Positions 10,631-22,455 of a stretch of DNA of 64,000 nt are shown piece after piece. Numbering within the stretch: position 1 is the stretch's first letter; every line of letters starts with the position of its first letter. Under the pieces are notes generated by a model, which ran no database searches, had not been told where the DNA came from, and saw only the letters and a program-made list of their open reading frames with translations. The stretch lies in NCBI GenBank assembly GCA_028534125.1, contig CM052850.1:19840001-19904000 (forward strand). Reading direction: 5' to 3'. The DNA comes from Lama glama. Its lineage: Eukaryota. A program made the translations under genes and the position numbers.

Positions 10631-11878
10631 CTTCCACAGACTCCGACCCCTCCCTCGAGGCTCTCGTGGTAACAGTGTAAGCAGATGATGGGTGTGGTGA
10701 AGTATGGTAAGTGCAAAGAGAGAGGTTTGAACTAGGACTAGAAGTAGCACAGGGGATTTCATTATGTCAGGGAGGGCCAGGGAGGGCCAGGGAAGGCTGG
10801 CAGAAGGGGTGCACCCTGAATAAACCACAGAGGGAAAACTAGCTTCTGTCTGGCACTTGGCTCATTGGGCTGGGGTGGGGAGTGGGAGCTTTCAGATGAG
10901 CAGAGTAATTCCAGATGCTCTCAGCCCCTGTCCTGCCCTACTTGTAGGGTGGGGCTGGATGAGGGGAAGCTGACGGACTTCAGGGAGCCCTGGCTAAGAT
11001 GGGCAGGTGGGGCAGGTGTGGGTGCTACCCCAGGGGCTCCTCCCCTTGCCCCATATGTTCAGCCAGTGCCCTGGCCTCCCTGGCCTGGCCAGACAGCCCT
11101 GGGAGCTGGGGTCTGTGGGCGCCTGAACTGTGTGTGGACTCTGCCTGCCCCAGGTGAGGCCTTGGCTGTTTCCACACCCACACCCACTCAGGCCTGAGGA
11201 TGGGGCCATCCAGAGCAGCCCTGAGAATTCTGGGCTGGAAGGACCTTGAATCTCACAGAGGAGGGGTCTGAGGTTCAGAGGGGAAGTAACTTCCCCGGGT
11301 CCCACGGCTGGTGAAGAAGCAGATCAGCTCCAGGTTTTGCAGCCTCAGCTCTACCTGGGTCTCCTCTCACTTACTGGCTCCCTTGGGCTCCCACCCTTTC
11401 CAGGCTGTGGGTGCCCCCTCAGCACCCACTGTCTTGTACCCATGCACCCACACGTGTCCAGTCTGCTGTGTTTGCCTCATGCTTGGCCATCCCCTTGGGA
11501 TCCTTTAAGGCCAGGGCTTTGTTCTGGAGAGAATTTAAATGGAATTGTCAGATGAGGAAGGAGCAGAATCTCCTAATTACATTACCCCCTGAGAGGCCCC
11601 TCACACACACTCAGCTCACTCTCCCCACCCCCTTGCTCCTGTCCTGGGGATGCTCTGACTGGGGAGTGGGGATGGAGGGTGAGGGCAGAATCTGGTAGAT
11701 CTGAAAGAGTTTCTGCAGGAAGTTTGGAGTGAGGGGGACTCCCTGTCGGAATCACAGAGGTGTGAGCTGGAATCCTGACTCCACCACTTATAACCTGTGT
11801 GACTTTAGGCAAGTGACTGAATTTCTTTGCGTGTCAGTTTCCTCATGAATAAAATGGGGGTAATAATAGCACCTACCT

Positions 11879-12144
11879 CAGTGGTTCCCGAACTTTGCTA
11901 CGTTTTGCCATCGCCTGGGAATCTTTAAAATATGCTAAAGTCTGGCTACCAGTTGTTGTTGTTGTTGGCGGTCCTGGAGATTGAACCCAGGACCTCATGC
12001 ATGCTAAGCACACACTCTACCACTGAGCTCTACCTTCCCCGCTGGTTTCCAGCTTTTAACCTTCTGATTTCATTGGTCTAGGGTGCAACCTGGTATCAGG
12101 AGTTTAAAAAACTTCCCAGTGAGCTGCCAAGTTGGGACCCACAG
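11879..12144. mobile_element. MER5-type hAT-Charlie element, itself interrupted by a SINE
   Basis: cagtggttcccgaacttt...cctgggaatctttaaaa...ttctgatttcattggtctagggtg...ccaagttgggacccacag. Confidence 0.75.
11952..12040 (-). mobile_element. tRNA-Ala-derived camelid SINE (Vic-1 type), short form
   Basis: Reverse complement is ggggaaggtagagctcagtggtagagtgtgtgcttagcatgcatgaggtcctgggttcaatctccagg + (aac)n tail; A and B boxes present; imperfect TSD ctggctaccag/ctggtttccag. Confidence 0.85.
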
Positions 12145-14569
12145 TCACAGGGTCTGTGGAGGACTAGAGATAGTGCAGACCCCTGGGGATACCTCAATAA
12201 ATGGAGGTGCTTACTTTTTAATTCATTTTCCTGCCTCTCGCTCCATGTATTATGGGATCTGAAGGGGGAAAGAGGGTTTTCATTTCTACTCCACAGTGGG
12301 TTTCCCCTGAGTGCTGACTCAGAAGTGGCTTTCAGGGGCCCATCTTTACTGGAAAAGCCCCTCGCTTGCCCCTCTCGCTGTCTCCGCGGCCCTGGAGCCG
12401 GCCTCAGTCTCCCCGACAGCCTCTGCGCAGTTCGGGGTTACACCGGGATGCCCGAGCGGGGAGCTGGAAGGAGCTGGGCTTGATGGGACAGGACCAGGCC
12501 TCTTCCTGGTGGCTTTGGGGGTGGAAGGGCCAGTCCACACGCCTCTGGGAGACGGAGGCCCAAGATGCTAGTGTGTGGTGGTCAGACCTGGGGTGGGGTG
12601 GGCTCAGGGGAGGTGTCGGTGGGGATGGAGTAGGGGAGGGGAGGGGCCTCTTCCTTGATCCTGCAACTCTGCTCCTTGGCACCGTGGGAGGCTCGGCAAA
12701 CCTGCAGCGGGGGCTGTGAAGGAAGACACATTTCCCCAGATTCCTCAGCTGTGCTGACAGGAAGTTGTGCATCACCGGGCTGACAGGAAGGAAATGGCTC
12801 TGCTATTTGGAGAGAAATAGAGAATTCTGACTGGGGCTGAGGAAAAAGGTGTTTGCTTGTAGAAGCTGTTTTGTTCCAATACAGGGACCCTTTTTCCCCT
12901 CGGGCGATTTCTCCCAGCTTATTTTCCTCTGAATGACAAAGATTGAATTTAGCTAATGAGGAGCTGAGAGAGGGAGGAGAGGGACTTGTGAAGGGTCCTG
13001 TGAGATTTCGGGAGGTAGAGAGCCTTTGCAGGCTGTGCGTCCTTCTGCTTTTTATCAGAGTCTTCCTTGCCCAGCTCCCTGCTTCGGGGAACTGGAAGGT
13101 GACAGAGCACTTTGTGATCTCACACGCCACTCTCGCCTCCATCCACAAACCATACCTTCGCAAGTGCCTTTGATTTCAATTTCTTTTTACCGCCCCCCAA
13201 AGACACAGTGAATCTTTTAATAGCACAAGGCCTTTTGGATCGCTAACCAATCGGTCGCCAAATCCTACCCAAAGTGCACTCAGAATAGATGCTTTTAATA
13301 AAATATATTCCCTGTAAGCCAGGGTAAACCTGTGAAATTTGTCCATTTCTTTGAGAGCATCTCTACAAATTTTACAATATTGAAATCGCCACCCAGTGAC
13401 CTTTTAGGAAGTACTAGATAAATTACAAGAGACAAATAGACCAAAAGAAGAAGTACAATTTCCAGCGCCTTTCCTGCCAGGTTCTTAGGTTGAGTCTTAG
13501 AAATCCCTGGCTCCCCATGGCCCCCTCCCAGTCGTTGATGGCCCCTGCCTGGCAGTCTCTCTCTCCACCCGCCCCGGGAGCCTCTGAGACGTTTGCAGCT
13601 CTGAGAGGCAGCTCCGGCACCTTGTTCTGTCTGTTTGTCTCTGCGCTCCATCATTTAAAATGCTTCCACTGGTGGCCAGAGCCCCTGGAAGGGCTCTTAG
13701 GGATGGCCAGGGGCTGCTTTGGAAAGGCTCAGATGCCCTGCCGCCCAGGTCTGCCCCAGCTGCGTGGCAGGGAGACTTCAGCCTCACCAGGTGAGAGCCA
13801 GGCTGGGGTCCGGGCCCGGCCACCCTCCCTGTCAAGCGTTCTCTGCATCCGGGCTGGCTCTTGGTCACCTGTGCGTGGCTTGTCCACTTTGTGGATCTCC
13901 TCGCCCCCAGGTCAAGTCCCTGCTGTCGTCTCTCCGTGCCGGGCACCTTCCTTCCCTACCAGTTGGTGGTGCTCAGGGGGTGTAAACCAGGCGTAATATG
14001 CTGTTCATACTCTGTGTAGGGAAAACAGAATTTGGAAGGTAAATGGTCTATAAAATCATATCACTTAGAGCCCCTAAAGGGTCTTCTGGGGACTCCCTGC
14101 TCCTTTGGGCTCTGGAATCCGCTCCCTCTCTAGAGCAGATACCTGGAGACTTGGAACCGGGCTGGGGTGGAGCCGCACAGCTGCACCCTGCTGCCTGGGG
14201 GCTGCTAATTGCAGAGTCCTTGGTGGCAGTGGCCACACGTTGATGTGCTCATTTCATGGATAAGTGGGCTCAGTAGCTAGCCTGCCTGCTTTGCCATCAC
14301 CGTTTGGTGACCTGTGTTCACATCAGTTGGAGGCGTCACTCAGGGCCCCGGAATCTCTGTTGCTGTTTTCCAGGCAGAGATACCACCTCACTTGACTCTT
14401 GGTTGTGGTGAGACCCTGCCAGCCTCCCACGTGGAGAGGAAGGGAGATGGGAGAGAAGATAGGGGTTAACAAGTATTCTGAGTGCTGCTGGCCCTTCGGT
14501 AGGTTGAGTCGCTTCATGAGGAACATAAACAAGGCACTATCAATGCTGCCCAGAGGTTCACTCACTCTT

Positions 14570-15085
14570 TAATTTGATAATTAATTCCACAAGCATTAAT
14601 GGAGTTTTTCTCACATACCAGGCACTATACTAGGTGCTGGGGGTCAGGGAGAAATTGAAAGATGAAAAAGCCGCTCAAAGAGCTCACAGGCTGGTGGACA
14701 GATACTTAACGCACTTAGATGGTCTCGCAGAGAGACCTGATGGCCGGTGAAGGTAGCACGGAAGAGGGGCGGCTCAGGAGGGTGGAACAGTGGGAGTAGT
14801 GGGAGCACAGTTGGGTCTTGAAGATTGACCAGGAATGTGACAGGCCAAGAGAGGAAGGTCACTCCTGGCCTAGGAAACATGTGCAGAGGCCCAGAGACCT
14901 GAGAGTGCAGAGCATTTTGGAGACGTGTGAATAAAGACTCAATATGGCTGGAATCTGTGGTGTGGGCGGGCTAGAGAGCTGGGCTGGTGTCAGATCATGT
15001 CGGTGCCTTGCTTAGGGGATTCACCCCATCCTAGAAGCCATGGGGAGCTCAGAAGGGATTTAGGCAGAGGGGCGGCATAATTCGT
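14570..15085 (-). mobile_element. L2 LINE 3' fragment
   Basis: taattccacaagcattaatggag...ccaggcactatactaggtgctggg...gtgcagaggcccagagacctgagagtgc. Confidence 0.65.
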
Positions 15086-15109
15086 ATGTGTGTTTTTTAC
15101 ATTTAGGTC

Positions 15110-16105
15110 TTTACTTTTTTTTAACTTAAATTAAAATTTTTTTTTACTATTGAAGTATAGTTGAAGTACATATTATATAAGTTATAGGTGTGTACAGTAT
15201 AGTGATTCAGTTTTAAAAGGTTATACTTTATTTATAGTTATAAAATATTCCCCATTTTGTACAACATATTCTTATAGCTTATTTGATACATAATAGTTTG
15301 TATCTCTTAATCCTCCACCCTTATCTTGCCCCGCCCCAGACTGGGAGCCATTAGTTTGTTCTTTTTGAGTCTGCTCCTTTTTTGTTATATTCACTAGTTT
15401 GTTGTATTTTTTAGGTTCCACATATAAGTGACATCTTATAGCATTTGCCTTTCTCTGGCTTATTTCATTTAACATAATACACTCCAAGNNNNNNNNNNNN
15501 NNNNNNNNNNNNNNNNNNNNNNNNNNNNNNNNNNNNNNNNNNNNNNNNNNNNNNNNNNNNNNNNNNNNNNNNNNNNNNNNNNNNNNNNNNNNNNNNNNNN
15601 NNNNNNNNNNNNNNNNNNNNNNNNNNNNNNNNNNNNNNNNNNNNNNNNNNNNNNNNNNNNNNNNNNNNCAAGTTAATGTATTTGGTTTNNNNNNNNNNNN
15701 NNNNNNNNNNNNNNNNNNNNNNNNNNNNNNNNNNNNNNNNNNNNNNNNNNNNNNNNNNNNNNNNNNNNNNNNNNNNNNNNNNNNNNNNNNNNNNNNNNNN
15801 NNNNNNNNNNNNNNNNNNNNNNNNNNNNNNNNNNNNNNNNNNNNNNNNNNNNNNNNNNNNNNNNNNNNNNGACAGCCATTCTGACAGGTGATACCTCATT
15901 GTGGTTTTGATTTGCATTTCCCCGATGATTAATGATGTTGCCTGTTGGCTGTCTGCATTTCCTCTCTGGAAAAATGTCTGTTCAGTTCTTCTGCCTGTTT
16001 TTAAATTGGGTTGTTTGTTTTTTTTGATGTTGAGGTGTATGAGCTGTGTTAGCTATTAACCAGTATCGGTCATATCATTTGCAAATCTTTTCTCCCATTC
16101 AGCAC
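15110..16105 (-). mobile_element. L1 LINE 3' end (ORF2 end and 3'UTR), with two N runs
   Basis: T-rich tail, ttgaagtatagttga, ttccacatataagtgac, tacctcattgtggttttgatttgcatttc, tttgcaaatcttttctcccattc; ORF-track peptides MQIKTTMRYHL and IMLNEISQ are L1 ORF2 C-terminal motifs. Confidence 0.92.
15489..15870. other. Two N runs (15489-15668, 15689-15870) separated by 20 called bases
   Basis: Directly visible; both lie inside an L1. Confidence 0.98.
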
Positions 16106-19100
16106 AATTTGTGTTTTATGTTAACTGCTGTGGAACCTTCCTGGTGTAGCAGAAGGAGCACTGGAGCAGGGGTCTGGGGAGACAGGTTCTGGATCTGGAC
16201 CTAGCAGCTGATTGACCTCAGTCAGGTCAGGCCTCAGTGCCCTGGCTTGTTAGAGGAGAAGACTCTAAGGCCTGTCCCAGCTCTGACTTCCCCACCCTCA
16301 TGACCTCCTTTTTTGGCCCCCACGCCCTTTGTTCTGTACTTATCTGTCCACCTCTGGCCACCTGGCCCATGTCTCCTGGCTGTCCCACTGTGCTCAGCAG
16401 CTGGTGGCAGCTGGAGGGAGAGGGGTGAGTTCTCCAGGAAAAATGTGCTCTCCTGACCCCCCAGAGCTCACAGGCTGCCTGGCCTTTTCCAGCCCTGCAG
16501 GAACAGTTTCCCCCAGCCCACCTGGCTCCCCACAGCCCACAGCCCTGGGCCCAGCTGGGTTTCTTCAATGAAGCAATTCATTCCCCTGGGCCGAAACCAC
16601 CCCTCTCCAATCCACCTGGTCCCAAGTGACAAGAGGCAGCTGATTTGGAGTCACCACCCGGAAGCCAGGGACATCTGTGTGGAGCGACGTCAGTGACTGT
16701 GGCCCGTGCAGTCTTTTTCCTTTGCTCTGACCCGGGTTTTCAAAGCTTAGCGTGTCATCAACCACCGTGCTTGTCCGGGAGCCCCACCATCGGCTCTTCC
16801 TGCCCGGGGACCCCCGAGCCACTTCCGCGAAAGAATTGAAAATGGCTGTGGATGCAAAGACATGTTTTCCTCCCACGCATCAGTTAGTTGTTCTGCTGCT
16901 TTTGCAGGGTTATCGCTCCTGGTCCTAGAACTTCTCCAGGGTGAGGAGGGTTTGGCAGGGGTTTCTGTTTTCCTAGGTCTTTGGTCACAGCTGTTATATT
17001 TAAAGGCTTAAACAATGGGTTCTAAACAAATCAGTATTTGTTTAGTCAGTGGAATGAGGAAATTAAAGGTGACTCAGACTCACCCCCTCCCCCCAATTTT
17101 AAGTGCTATTGACTACCTGAATGATCAGACCTGTAATGATGTCGTTTTGCTTGATTCTCCTCTCCTTGGGAATTTGGCATGGTATGTCTTTCATTCATTC
17201 ATTCATCAAGTGTTTATTGAGTACCTACTACTATGTACCAGGTAATGAGGACAGAGAGACAAATAGGACCCAGACCCTGCCACAGGGCTGCCCAGAGTCT
17301 GGGGTGACCCCCCCCCCCAGGGGGAGCCCAGGGGCTCCAGCACAGTGAGTTTCATTCAGACCTCGAAACTTGAGCTGACAACCTGAAACCCTGTTCCCGG
17401 AAAACAGGGAAATAGAAATAGCGCATGAGGGAAGAAGTGTGGGTGAGGAGAGTGAGATGAGGGCGGAGGAAAGAGAGAGATGGGAGAAAGGAAGCAGCGA
17501 ACTTTCCCATGAGAGAAACGCTGCAGACAGAACCCACCCCCCGCAACTCACAACCTCGGGCAGCAAGAACCCCGCCGAGGGGAAGGCTCTGGCTGGCTGG
17601 GGCATAGGCAGGATACTTCCTGCTTGGTGCCCCAGTTCCCCCATCTGTAAAATGTGGCTTTGGACTGGGGCGTCTCAGAGATCGCTGGACTAGCATTCAG
17701 TGACCAGGGCAGGGCACGGTAGATATGGGGTAGGAGCCCAAATAAAGGCCCTGGAAGTGGAAGACAGTGTTCCTCTGGTTCTCCCATCTCAACACCGAGA
17801 CACCCTTAGGTGTCTGTGTTCTGTGGGAATCCTGCCATCCCCTCCCCAGCCTCTTCTGCCTCTCCCCGTTGAATAGTGGAAGGTGGAAGGTTCTGGGTGT
17901 CCATGTATGTATATTTTTCTGCTGTGGACATTTTCTTCTTGGAGTTTCTTTCTTTTATTTTTCTTTGTCAGTAAGGCCACTTGAATTGCACCAGGTCCAG
18001 GGCGACTCTGCCTGGCAAGCACGCATCATCTGATGCACTGGGCTGACTCCTTGGCAGGCCTGCCTCCAGATGCCCTCAGCTGCTGTCCCATATGCCTGGC
18101 CGTGGGGCCCTGTCAGACCACTGAAGCCCAAGGGTCACATTCCAGAGGCCACTTGTGCAGGTCATATTCATTGATCCCTAAAGAAAACAATGTTTTAGCA
18201 ACACAGTGTTAGAAGAGTTGGGGTTCCTAGCTGTCTGATCTTGGGTAATTGCTTAAATACTCTGAGCCTCAGTTTTTCCCGTCTCTGAGCTGGGAGGGGC
18301 TCTCCCTGTCTCCCAGGGATCAAATAGGAAACTGCAAGAAAGAGCATTGTGAATGAGGAAGCTCTAAACTGACATCCACCACACAATGATTCAGTGGCAA
18401 ATGTATTCTGATAGTCAGCCTTCTCCATGGTTACAGCTTCTTCTGTGCTGAGTAATTCAAACCACAAAGGGTTAAGGCAGCAAGGCACGTGACTGAAATT
18501 GTCCATAATTGATGGAATAAACCTTAAAGGAGTGATGTATAATTGCAGTTAATCCAGGCACTGTGATGCTGCGCTGCTAAAATTGTCTATAATAATTGCT
18601 TTGATCTAACAAAATGACTCCTGGGAGCAGGGACCCTGGCAAAGGGTTGGCCAATGACAGTTCTGAGCCCTATCCCTCCCACTGGACAAAGTGGGAGTGG
18701 GAGCTGGGAAACGTGGGGGCAGGAGGGCAGGGAGGGGCCCTCAATTCTCTCAGACCCCGTGGCAGCAAGTTCTACATATGCCAAGTGATCATATGATTCA
18801 CTGTCTAAACGGGGACACTTTTGAGAGTATTATATTAATAATTGCTATTCACATTAATAACTATGCCAGACAATAGGCATAAACTGGTCTCCCCAGAGCC
18901 AACCCGGATATATATATGGTCACCCTGTGCACAGACCGTTTTAAGCTTCTGGGAACCCTTAGGTGGTAGAACATTTCCACAGTCATTATTTGGTCTTCAC
19001 AGTAACTCTGAAAGGAAGAAAGGATTTTTACTCTCATTTAATGGACATTAAAGATGGTGCTGGAGCCAAACCAGTCCAGCTGGGGTCTCTGGCCTGGCTC

Positions 19101-22100
19101 CCCTGGTGACCGATGCTCTGCAGGTAGGGGACAGCTGACTGGGATCGGGGAGCGCTGGGGAACCGCCTGGAGCCTGGAGGGAGAGACACAGCAGCTCAGG
19201 CTTGAGAAGAGTGGCAGCGAGGTGACCACACCCTCAGGGAGGACAGGGTGCAGGTCCCAACAGGGCTTTGCCTGGGCTTCTCCAATCCTGAGCTCGGACT
19301 CAGAGGACTCCTCCTTTTGCTAATTATGTGATCTCATTTAATTGTGTGATCTGTGCCTCAGTTTCCTCATTTGTCAAGGAGGGGACAATAATTTCTTGTA
19401 AGGATTAAGTGAGATCCTGTATGAAAATGGGTGGACTCAGAGACCCACACGTCCTAGGTACTCCAAAGCCTTGTGGAGTTTGAAGCAGTAACCTTTAGGA
19501 AAGGAACCACGGGGCACCTTCCTCCTTGAAACAGCTCTGACTTGAACCAATTAGAATGATGAGCTCCAGCCTTGAGATCAGGGCTGCCTCAAGTTCCTAC
19601 AGGAGGGAAATGGCTAAGAGAAATACATGGTGGATTTGAGAGATTCCTGACTCCCCTGACTTTGGATAATCTACTGTGTGCCCCGTGTGAGGTGGGGCAG
19701 CACCTCAGGAACCTTCAGGCCTTGCAACTCCCTTGGGGCTCTGCACACACAGGCACCCCCGTCGGCCGGCAGCCCTGGTCCCCTTCTAGGCTCATGGACG
19801 AGCTTGCTGGGACATGAGCCGGAGACACCCATTGCTGGAATTGATGGCACCTCATAGCCAAAGGTAGACAGGCTGGCAACAGTTTGGTGCCAGAGAGCGA
19901 GAGAGAGGGATAAAAGTGCCACGTTCGGCCTATTAATAGCCCGTGTTTGGTCTCCACCATTTCTATCAACACCGTCCATCACATCCAAACAATCGGGGAG
20001 CCCGTGCCAAACGGCTAGGAGTTAACAGCTCATGGCTGTGCTGAATTTCTGAAAAACAGTATTTCCACTTCTTCTGCCACTCTGAAATGCCAATTGTTTC
20101 ATGCCAACTGGTTATTTTTCCAGACCATTTCCCTTTATTTATGCTTAAGCTTTTAGATTTTTTTTTTAAGCGAAAAGAAGATGATGAACCTAGAATAGGT
20201 GATTATTATTTCTCCTGACTTGCCCTTGAACGAGCCGTGGAAGAAATGTTCATTCCCCAGACCTGAAGGGAGCGCTTGCAGGGGGTGGGCGAGGGATCGG
20301 GCAAAGGGCTGCCCCTTGCAGGAGTGTGCAGGCTGACGGGCAGGCAGAACGCAGGTGTGGGGAAAGCACTGGCCCGGCCCTCGGAAGACTTAGGGCAAGA
20401 TTAGCCCTTGCTGTTACTGGTGTGTGACCTTGGGTAGGACAGAGCCCCTCTCTGGGCCCCCATTTCCTTGACTGTAAAGTGGGGGAGCTGGGCTAGATGG
20501 CCTGGGAGGCCCCTTCCAGCTCAGTCTCTGCCTTCCGTGGAGGATTTGCTGTCTCACGTTTATTGGCGAGGATGCGGGTGTGGAAGTGGAAGGAGGGTGA
20601 TGCTGGCCTCCGGCTGCTGCTCCGGGAAGCCTGGAAACGTGGCAGGGGAAACACGGGATGGGGCTGCTCCTTATCCGGGAAGCTCCAGAACAGCCTTCAG
20701 AGATGTCTGTGGAGCCTGCCAGGCGGTTGTTTTTCTCACCATATGTGATTTCTGGGCATCTTAAAATTTTCATTGGGCTCAAACATTGCCAGGCTCAGGG
20801 GTTGATTCTGCCCCGTGTGGGGATGGAAATGGGTTTGCCTCTGGGCACCAGTCTGGGAGTGAGCAGAGAACTGAGCTACGGAATTCTCTGATGAGGTTAC
20901 AAGGTAGAGTTAGGGTATATGATGGTGCTGCGGGCACCGCAGCAGCCTCGGGTGCAGAAAGAGGCAGAGGCTGGAGGGCGAAAAGAAGGAAGAGAACTGG
21001 AGGGGTGATAAGGCTGAAAGGTGGACGGTGAGGGGTAGTCTGTAGGCCTGGCTTTGTGTCTTTAAAACCAGCACATGCTTCTCTTTGGCTCTCAGGTGAT
21101 GAGAATTCTTATTTCAAATTCTATCCATCTAAAGATGAATTTACCCAGTTCATTGCAGTTGGTTGACCACAGCTCCTGCAGAGAATCTGGGAGTCCTTCT
21201 CTCCAGGATGAGGAGAGAAGCCCAACGCCCGGCCTGGGCTGGTTCTGTTCTAGCCAGAAGCCCAGTGTGCACACACAGTCTTCTGCAGAGCAAAGTGATT
21301 TCCTACTGTTTTATTGGTTTGGGGGCCAGATAGGTTTTAATAAGAGAATAAAACTACTTCAAAGCAAGCCATCCAGAAAGCAGTTATTTGTCTCAGACAT
21401 TCTAGAACATTAAAAGGAGGAGGGGGAGGTGCTTCTGTAAGCTGGAGGAAACGTGGGGACCATGGTCTTAGGGTAGCGGTGGATATTTGCAAGGAGAAAC
21501 CCTCACGGTGATCAGCCTTCCTGTAGGGCTCTGCCACACGTGGGGGGCAGAGTTAAGTGGTTCTCTATAAGGCTACCAGGACGGATGTTGGGGCTGGGAC
21601 AAGAGACCTTCAGTATGTGCTTCTTCTGAGGCAAAGTTGGGGATCGGGACCTTCAGGATGAGAGGCATAGTGACAGGTGTGCATTCATCAGAGCTGGAGA
21701 AGGAGGTTCCAGCTTCTTGACATGACAAGAGTAATGTAATTGCTGGCTGGCCAAGAGCACTCACATTCCATGAGCAGAGGAGGATGAAGGGTAATCAGGA
21801 GCAGGTTGTTTATTGGAGAAGGAAATGAAGTGTCTAGGTGAGATGTTTGGAGGTGACTTCCAGGGTAGGGATCTAGGCTTTTGGAAAATAGATACATTTA
21901 AGGTTCTTATATCTTCATAAACAGGGGAGACAGGGTGGGAGGGGATGCCCACCCCTTGAGCCTAGGCCTGGCGGCCCCAAAACCCAGGTCCTAAGCTTTG
22001 CTTCAACATAGGCTGGTGTGTGATAGGGCTGAGCCTACCTCGCTGGGCCTCAGTGTCCTCATAGAGAACGAAGGGTGGGAACTAGCTGACCTCCAAGGGC

Positions 22101-22310
22101 GCCTCCAGGCCTGGTGTTCTGTATTTTTATGGGTCTTTGTCTAGGGGAGGGGTTCACTTATTGAGGACTTTGGCATAGGCGCCTCTGATGCCAAAGTCAG
22201 AGTGAGGCTTCACAGAGGCATTTGTTTGTTTACTTTTATTGGGGGCTAAGCCTCTAAGAAAGCTAAAGCCAGATCTGTGAAAAAGTCAGAGCCTTCCGAT
22301 GTAGAGATAG

Positions 22311-22455
22311 GCTGCCTTTATAGGAAGTGAGTTCCCTGTCCCTGGAGGTAATCAAGCAGAGACTGGATGACCACATGCCAAGAATCTTAAAGGGGAGAGT
22401 CATGAGCCATTTAACTAGATGGCTTTTAAGTTTCATTTTAACTCCAAGATTCTGG
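22311..22455 (+). mobile_element. CR1/L3 LINE 3' end
   Basis: gtgagttccctgtccctggaggtaatcaagcagagactggatgacca encodes SLEVIKQRLD, like the CR1 ORF2 C-terminus, followed by ...actagatggc...aactccaagattctg. Confidence 0.7.

Larger units (their letters stand above)
11755..12210 (+). mobile_element. MIR split by a MER5 insertion
   Basis: ctgtgtgactttaggcaagtgact...tcagtttcctcatgaataaaatgggggtaataatagcacctacct, resuming at about 12145 (cacagggtctgtggaggactagagatagtgc). Confidence 0.75.

Noticed and set aside
16908-16940. 33-nt pseudo-exon (tttgcag|...AGG|gtgagg) with an in-frame stop
   Set aside because: Weaker pyrimidine tract and branch point than the other candidates; indistinguishable from background pseudo-exons.
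19321-19352. Short direct duplication taattatgtgatct/taattgtgtgatct (similar case taaatgttagt x2 at about 52931-52962)
   Set aside because: Ordinary slippage duplications in decayed repeat or AT-rich sequence.
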